From NCBI GenBank assembly GCA_964016885.1, contig OZ024744.1, positions 8,370,001-8,434,000 of the forward strand: a stretch of 64,000 nucleotides of DNA, read 5' to 3'. This document shows positions 55,300-64,000 of the stretch, in pieces. The position numbers and the translations under genes are program-made. Source of the DNA: Eledone cirrhosa (taxonomy: Eukaryota). The notes below the pieces were generated by a model. That model was not told the origin of the DNA. It saw nothing but the letters and a program-made list of their open reading frames with translations, and made no database searches. The number at the start of each line of letters is the position of its first letter. Position 1 is the stretch's first letter.

Positions 55300-56600
55300 A
55301 CAGTACCTAGTAAAGCCATCTTTTGTATGTCACCCAACCTGTAAGATATTTCCAGTTGCTTTAAGAAGTTTTGAAGTTTCAATGAGATTGACACTAATGG
55401 CCCCCTAATCACAACTGGTATCACTTTCACATTACCCTCTTACATTCCAAACAGTCTTGCCAGGTCCACTTTCAATTCAGAATACTTGATGATACACCAT
55501 AGCCGCAATATTCATGTCATTTGGTATGGCCACGCCGATGATCTGACAGTATTTGTCTTTGTTGTTCAACACGACAATGCCCGGTCGGTATTTTTTTTTA
55601 TTATTCTATCAGTTTAAAAATCATAATCCCAGAATGTTGTTACTTTATAAGACACATATCATACGAATCCTCTGACTTCATATTGGTATTTCCGACACAG
55701 AAATCAATGAATATACAGAGAGGCGTGTATTCTATTTGCGCAAGGCTCTCACATCCACTTATCAAGTGGGTCACATTTTCCACATTTTTTTCACAGAGCC
55801 TGCATTTCTGGGCATCATAAATATAATAATTGTTATACTTCATCGAATTGGTACTAAGAGCTTAGTCTTGCGCTGCACCTATAAGGCTTTCAGTGGCACG
55901 TTTCAAATTGCCTTGCTTAAGCCAATTGTTTTATCCTTGATACACTTTTGCTCTATACCCAAAACGTAAGCTATAGCCAATAGCCAATGATCCTTTGGGT
56001 CATTCCTTCTCCTCCACATTTCCAACACCTTCCTTAGAATCCTTGCTGTTCCTCGCGAGGCTGTTTTCTTCAGCAATCCTGTCCTTCTTGTAGTTCCTAG
56101 CTTATCAAGCCATACATCCAACCTTTTACTAACTGCTCCCAGTGCACCAACCACACTTGGTACCATTTCTACGTGTCTGATTCTCCACAGTTTCTTGATG
56201 TCTCTCTTCAGCATTTCTCAACATTCTGACTTTCCTTCTCATTCACACTGTGGTCCCACGATGAAACAATATCCATAATGCATGTCTTGTTATTCTTCTT
56301 TTCTACGACACCAATACCAGGTTTTCTAGCCATTATAATTTGGTCGCACTGGATGATCAAGTCCCACAAGATATTACATTCACTAATGATGTGGTTTATT
56401 GTTTCACCATTCTCACCATACAGCCTACAAATTCACTGCCTTGTTAATATTGAACTTAATATAGTTGGTTCTCAGTGCCTGTTTTGGGGCTGCGAAAATA
56501 AGCGTTTCAGGTTCAACTTTTATGTCGTTTTTTCTAATCCATTACCAGATCTGATTTTTGTCAACTGTCTCAGGCATGTCGCGTAAGAATTGATCATATA
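55300..56600 (-). mobile_element. Two decayed R4/Dong-like 3' fragments (zinc knuckle and RLE domain)
   Basis: CRLCEKNVENVTHLISGC; KKLW..VVGALG..ARILRKVLE. Confidence 0.75.
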
Positions 56601-56960
56601 TTGATCATATATCTTTCCATCTATTCAAGGTATCTTACATTCTGTCTGTCTTGTTTAAATTCTCCTTTTTCCTTTGATTCAGTACATCAATACCAATACC
56701 AGCAACGAAATCAAATAAGCAACTAAGAGCCACCAACAGAACCCACAACATTAACACCCATCGAGGACATGCCACTGCTTGACGTAACACAGTCAAACTT
56801 AGATTCTGACGAGGCCGACAAATGACAAACAATCTGCTCCAAAAAGAAGAAAGAAATGAAAACACTCCCCGTCGTCGCCCTCAATAAAAGAGAGCGAAAC
56901 AAACATAATAAAAATATTAAATCTTACATCCCCCATCCTCACTACAAGTATCTACACCAC

Positions 56961-57185
56961 GGTGGATTGGCTGTAATCGGTAGAGCGTCAGACACTTTGC
57001 CTTGTGGCATAGAGTTATGGTCCTTTACGTGCTGAGTTCAAATCCGGCCGAAGTTAACTTTGCTTTTCATCCTTACGAGGTCGATAAAATAAAGTACCAG
57101 TAACGTACTGGGGTTGATTTAATCGACTTTTCCCTTCCCCAAAAATTACTAGCCTTGTGCCTATATAAGAAACCATTATTGTTGT
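56961..57185 (+). mobile_element. Near full-length Octopus-type tRNA-derived SINE
   Basis: TGGCTGTAATCGGTAGAG A-box, GAGTTCAAATCC B-box, GTCGATAAAATAAAGTACCAG core, (ATT) tail. Confidence 0.8.
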
Positions 57186-57189
57186 TTCT

Positions 57190-60020
57190 TATCTCAGCTT
57201 CTAACACTGGAGATGTATTACAGTGTTGTTCACTACCAGTGAACTGGGGTAACATCCCTTATTTTTCGAGTACCCTCCGGAGTATTCGAGCTGTTCCATG
57301 CAATTATGTTCTTTGTAAGTGTTCCAACCATATTGTAATCCCTATTTATTTGAAGTCTTCTCAAGATCTCTACTCACTCTTCCCAAGATTCGAACTATTA
57401 TTGGCATTAACACCACCTTTTTCAGTCACTACAACTGCTTAATCTCCCAAGCTAACCTGTCATTGTTTTCCTTCTTCATCGTATACCTTGTTATCAGCTG
57501 GACAAGCTATATCTATGATCCAACACTGCTTTCTTTCTCAATTAATACAATATCTGGCCTCATATACTCAATCTTATGGTCACATTGTATCACACAGTCC
57601 CACAGGATCTTTGCACCATGATTTTCGATAACGCCCTCAGAATTATGTTCGTACCACTTTTCTGCTCTGTCAAGTGTACATTTACCACAAAGTTGCTATG
57701 TTGTCGTGACTTATACTTTTTCTGGGCTATATTGACTGCTAATATGCCATACAGTTTCTCCATTCATTCCACAAATTCTACACTTATCGCTTTCTGTTGT
57801 GTGGTCTACTCTGTGTTTGATGTAGTTAGTTCTTAGTTTTTGTTTTTGAACAACAGAGATTAAGACTTCTGTTTCTGGTTTTATATCACTTTTAGTCATC
57901 CATAACCACCTTTTCCCTCTGTCTGTCCCATCTTCAACATCTCTATCGAATTGTCCATACATTCTTTCTTCTGCTCATCTACTTTCAGTTACATCTTCAA
58001 ATGCTTGTACTGTTTTTTTCTTTATAGCCTTTTATTTTGCACATCTCTGACGTTCTTACTTCCAGCAACAGCAGTTCTGTGGTATTTTTATGTACCACGC
58101 CATGTTATTTTCTTCTGTCCTAATGCTGTCTTTACATCCCATCAGTCCTCTTTTTCCTCTTTTTCATGGTATATATAATCTGTCTGTGTCGCTCTTTGGG
58201 TGAAATACTCCATATCTGGTCAATATCTTTCTTGTCATTTGGTCTGAACTGTTTAGCTCCATATCTAATGAGTTATACCACCCATGTGTTGATAGCTTCC
58301 TTCGTATTCCATCCATTCAGTTTCGACTTGAGAATAAATTTCAGTCTGCGCATGTATTCCACCTTAAATGTTTCTTTCATTTTCTCCTGCATTATCTTAT
58401 CAACTTCCAATATCCCTAATTACTTATAACCTTTCTTTTTTATTTGCTTTATAACCGTTCCTAGTGGCAGCACCAACCCCTCAAAGCTTTTAATTTTGCC
58501 TCTGTTCAAGATTAATACATCACACTTATTTAATCCAAACTCCATTATGATGTCAGCACTAAATATATACACCATATTACAAGGGAATCAAGATGGGATT
58601 CATTCTTACCATAAAGCTTGAGGTTGTCCATGAATAATAAATAGTTGACTTTTTGCTCGCAACCTTTGAATTCATACCCAGCCTTATCTTTTCTCAAAAT
58701 CATTGTCAGTGGTATCATGAATAGTACAAACATCAGTGGTGACAGGCTGTCCCCATGGAATATACCTCTCTTGATTGCTATTGTTGTTAAATGTCTTCCA
58801 TATGCTGTCAATTCAGTCTTCCACTCTTTTATACTTTTCCTGAAGAATTGCTCAACATTTTATGCAAAACCAAATAAGTTAACATATTCCATAATCCAAG
58901 AGTGTGGAATCATGTCATGGGCTTTGTGGTAATCAATTCATGCCATGGTCAAGCTGGTTTTCCCTCCTCTTGTTACCCTTAAGTATTGTTTTATCTATCA
59001 AAAGCTGGTCCTTGGAACCTCTGCTCTTTTGCTTGCACCCTTTCTGCTCATCAGATAAAACTCCATTTTCTTCAAGATGCCCGTACATTGATTCTACAAT
59101 TATTCCAGTCAATAATTACTACATACGTTGTAGGCTTGTTATAAGTCTGTAGTTGTCTACTCCCTTTAGTGATATATTTTAAGCATAAAACTGTCCTTCC
59201 TTTTGTCAGCCACTCCAGTGTCACTTGGTCAGCATTTAGCAATGTGTTGAGTTGTTCAGTTATTTATTCATGACATTGAATAAAACTTTTGATCCAGTAG
59301 TCTTGAACTCCATCTAGTCTTGGAGACTTCCAGATGCTAATTTTCTGTCATCCTTCATATCTCTAGCTGAAATGACTAGTTCTGCCTGTTGTGGGAAAAC
59401 TGTTGTTTAAGTTCCTCTAACCATTCAGCATCTTTCTTGTGCTCCTCTTTACTTCAAATACCACTCCAAAACGTTTGGCATCCAGTATAACCACTTCATC
59501 TGCACACTCTATTTCTCAGTAAAATATCTTTTGGTCTATTCTTAGTAGTCTATTTTGATGATATTTCTTTATTCTTTGTTCGTATCTAACTATCTTTGCT
59601 TATTTTACTATGAGACGTTACTTGAATTCCTCTATTACTACGTTTAGGCCTTTCCTTTCAATACCATACTTTCTGTCAAGTGTTCTGTATTTTCTTTTTT
59701 TCTCTAAGCTATTTCTATTGTCCTCCTGTTAACTTGCCTTTATTCTATCCTATATTGCCTTCTGATCACCACTCATGTTTTCATTAATGTCGTTGTCTTC
59801 CATACCATTTACATTTCTCTCACCAGAGAGACCATCTCTACCCTGTTTCTGTGGGTTACCAAATATTTCTTCATTCTAATCCTCTGCTGTAGATTCCCTT
59901 TCCTCAATAAACCTTCATTTTCACCATTTCTTTCACAGTTGTTTCCTGATACCCGACATTTGATAGCTTCAAATTCCACTTCTGTCAACCAGCGATATTT
60001 TCTTATTGCTCTAGCTTGGT
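57190..60020 (-). mobile_element. Decayed R4/Dong-like LINE (N-terminus to RLE)
   Basis: CDQARAIRK..WLTEVE, RGIFHGDSLSPL, LLFMDNLKLY, MYGQF..ETE..LRTNY..CRIC. Confidence 0.88.
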
Positions 60021-63000
60021 CACATACCCTCAGAATTGGTCGTATAACCTCAGACTTCGTCACATACCCTCTGACTTGGAAACATAATCACAGACTTGGT
60101 AACATAACATCTGACTTGGTCACATACCCTATCAATTGGTAACATAACCTCTCACTTGGTCGCATAACCTCTCACTTGGTAACATAACCTCTCACTTGGT
60201 CACATACCCTCTCACTTGGTCACATAAATTCTGGCTTGGTCACAAACCCTCTCACTTGCTCATATAACCTCTGACTTGGTAACATAACCTCTGACTTGGT
60301 CACATAACCTCTCACTTGGTCACATAACCACTGACTTGGCCACATAACCCCTCACTTGGCAACATAACCTCTGACCTAGTCCCATAACCTCTCACTTGGT
60401 CACATAACTTCTCACTTGGTCACATAACCTCTGACTTGGTCACATATCCTCTCACTTGGTCACATAACTTCTCACTTGGTCACATAACCTCTGTATTGGT
60501 CACATATCCTCTGACTTGGTCACAGAACCTCACACTTGGTCACATAACCTCTGCATTGGTCACATAACCTCTGACTTGGTCACATACCCTCTCACTTGGT
60601 CACATAACTTCTCACTTGGTCACATATCCTCTGACTTGGTCACATACCCTCTCACTTGGTCACATAAACTCTGACTTGGTAACATAACTTCTCACTTGGT
60701 CACATAAGCTCTACTTTGGTCAGAGACGCTATCACTTGGCCACATATGCTCTGACATGGTCGCATAACCCCAGACTTGGTCACATAACCTCTGTCTTGGT
60801 CACGTAACACCTGACTTGGTCACATACCCTCTTACTTGAACAAATAAGCTCTAACTGGTTGACATATCCTCTGACTTGATCACATAACCTCTCACTTGGT
60901 CACATAACCTATGACTTGGTCACATAACCTATGACTTAGTCACATACCCTATCAATTGGTAATATAACCTCTCATTTGGTAACATAATTTATGATTGGTC
61001 ACATAACCTCTCACTTGGTAGAATAACCTGTCACTTGGTCACATAACCTCTCACTTGGTCACATATCCTCTCACTTGGTCACATAAACTCTCACTTGGTC
61101 ACATAACCTCTGACTTGGTCACATAACCTCTCACTTGGTCACATAACCTCTCACTTGGTCACATGACCTCTGACTTGGTCACATAACCTATCACTTGGTC
61201 ACATAACCTCTCACTTGGTCACATTCCCTCTCACTTGGTCACATAACCTCTGACTTGGTCACATACCCTCTCACTTGGTCCCATAACCTCTGACTTGGTC
61301 ACATAAATTCTGACTTGGTCACATACCCTCTCACTTGGTCACATAACCTCTGACTTGGTCACATACCCTCTGACTTGGTCGCATAACATCACACTTGGTC
61401 ACACAACTTCTGATTTTGTCACATACATTCTCACTTGGTCACATAACCTCTCACTTGGTGACATAAATTCTGACTTGGTCACATAACCTCTGATTTGGTC
61501 ACATACGCTCACACCTGGCCACATATCATCTGACAGGATCGCATAACCCCAGACATAGTCACATAACCTCTGACTTGGTCACATACCCTCTCACTTGAAC
61601 AAATAACCTCTAACTGGGTGACATATCCTCTGACTTGGTCACATAACCTCTCACTTGGTCACATAACCTATGACTTGGTCACATAACCTCAGACTAGGTC
61701 ACATACCCTATCAATTGGTAATATAACCTCTCATTTGGTAACATAATTTATGATTGGTCACATACTCTCTCACTTGGTCACATAAACTCTGATCTAGTAA
61801 CATAAACTCTGACTTGGTCACATACGCTCTCACCTGGTCACATACCCTCTCACCTGGTCACATACCCTCTCACTTGGTCACATACCCTCTCACTTGGTCA
61901 CATAACGCCTCACTTGGTAACATTAACTCTCACTTGGTCACATAACCTCTGACCTGGTCACATATGCTCTCACTTCGTCACATAACTTCTGACTTGGTCA
62001 CATACCTTCTCACTTGGTCACATAGCCTGTTACTTGGTCACATAACCTCTCACTTGGTCACATAACCTCTCACTTGGTCACATATCGTCTGACTTGGTTA
62101 CATATCCTCTCATATGTGACTTGGTCACATAATCCCTGACTTGGTAACATAACCTCCGACCTGGTCACATAACCTATGATTGGTCACATACACTCTCACT
62201 TGGTCACATAACCTCTGACTTGGTCACATAAACCCAGACCTGGTCAAATAACATTTAACTTGGTCAAATACCCTCTCACTTGGTCACATAATCTCTGACT
62301 TCGTCACATAACTTCAGACTTGGTAACATAACCTCTGACTTGGTCACATAACATCTCACTTGGTCATATAACCTCTCAGTTGGTCACATAAACTCTTACC
62401 TGATCACATAAACTCTCACTTCGTCACATAACCTCTGACTTGGTTGCATAACCTCTGAATTGGTCACATATCCTCTCATATGGTCACATAACCTCTGACT
62501 TGGTCACATAGAGGTTATGTGACCAAGTAACAGGCTATGTGACCAAGTCAGAGGTTATGTGACCAAGTGAGAGGTTATGTGACCCTGTCAGAGGATATGT
62601 GACGAAGTTAGAGGTTATGTGACCAAGTAACAGGCTAACTTCGTCACATATCCTCTGACAGGGTCACATAACCTCTCACTTGGTCACATAAGCTCTGACT
62701 TGGTCACATAACCTCAGACCTGGTCACATAACCTCTGACCTGGTCACATATCCTCTGACTTGGTCACATAACCTCTGACTTGGTCACATAACTCTGACTT
62801 GGTAACATAACCTCTGACTTGATAACATAACCTCTGACCTGGTCACATAACCTCCCACTTGGTCACATAACCTCTCACTTGGTCACATACCCTGTCACTT
62901 GGTCACAAAACATCTGACTTGTTAACATAACCTGCGACTTGGTCGCATAAACTCTGACTTGGTCACATACCCTCAGACTGGGTAACATAACCTCTCACTT

Positions 63001-64000
63001 GGTCACATATCCTGTGACTTGGTCACATAACCTCTGACTTGGTCACATATACTCTCACATGGTCACATATACTCTCACATGATCACATAAATTCTCAATA
63101 GGTCACATAACCTCTGACCTGGTTACATACGCTCTCACCTGGTAACATAAACTCTGACTTGGTCACATAAGCTGACTTGGTCACATACCCTCTGACTTGG
63201 TCACATCACATCTGACATGGTAACATAACCTCTGACTTGGTCACATAACTTCAGACTTGGTAACATAAACTATGACCTAGTCACATATACTCGCACTTGG
63301 TCACATAACCACTGACTTGGCCACATAACCCCTCAGTTGGCAACATAACCTCTGACCTAGTCCCATAACCTCTGACCTGGTCACATAACCTCACACTTGG
63401 TCACATAACCTCTGACTTGGTCACATAACCTCTGACTTGGTCACATAACCACTCACTTGGTCACATAACCTCTCACTTGGTCACATAACCTCTCACTTGG
63501 TCACATAACCTTTGAATTGGTCGCATAACTCTGACTTGGTAACATATACTCTGACTTGGTCACATAAACTCTGCTTGGTCACATACCCTCCCACTTGGTC
63601 ACCAAACCTATCAATTGGTCACATAACTCTCACTTGGTCTCATAACCTCAGACTTGGTACCATATTCTCTGACATGGTCACATAACACAAGACTTGGTCA
63701 TGTAAACTCTGACTTGGTCAAATACACTCTCACTTGGTCACATACCATCAGATTGGCAACATAACCAATCACTTGGTCACATATCCTTTGACTTGGTCAC
63801 ATCACCTATGACCTGGTCACATAACATCAGACATGATCACATAACATTTAACTTGGTCACATACCTCTCACTTGCTCACACAACCTTACTTAGTCAAATA
63901 CCCTCTGCCCTGGTCACATAACCTCTGACCTTGTCACATAACATCTGACTTGGTTACATAACCTCTTACTTGGTCACAAAAACTCTCACTTGGTAACATA
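60015..64000 (+). repeat. 20-bp satellite, consensus CTTGGTCACATAACCTCT(G/C)A, ~200 copies, runs off the window
   Basis: Direct reading; inverted block 62511-62636. Confidence 0.97.

Noticed and set aside
60015-64000. CRISPR-like regular repeat
   Set aside because: Contiguous 20-bp monomers with no unique spacers and no cas genes, in a eukaryotic context

Overview
AT-rich, (TA)n/(TG)n-saturated eukaryotic DNA, most likely from an octopod cephalopod (recognisable Octopus-type tRNA-derived SINEs). I find no host gene; almost all long ORFs are transposon remnants or microsatellite artefacts. Contents: RTE, R4/Dong-like and Tx1-like LINE fragments, several Penelope-like element (PLE) copies (RT and/or GIY-YIG), two Helitron MITEs, a hAT MITE, a rearranged Gypsy LTR complex and a 20-bp satellite. 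Structure the ORF track does not show: (1) about 20 intact or decayed type-I hammerhead ribozyme (HHR) motifs, including a U3:A8 core variant in two unrelated sequence contexts and forms with a long stem II; (2) ORF-less 410-470 nt HHR units that are terminally redundant or circularly permuted (retrozyme-like); (3) a repeated head-to-head fold-back architecture of PLE insertions in (TA)n, where the inverted arm reaches further 3' and the smallest fold-backs turn at the ribozyme; (4) a multi-kb inversion supported by swapped 4-bp TSDs around LTRs that end TG...AA; (5) a satellite whose monomer matches the QRLCDQ codons of the LINE it abuts. All folds and alignments were done by eye.
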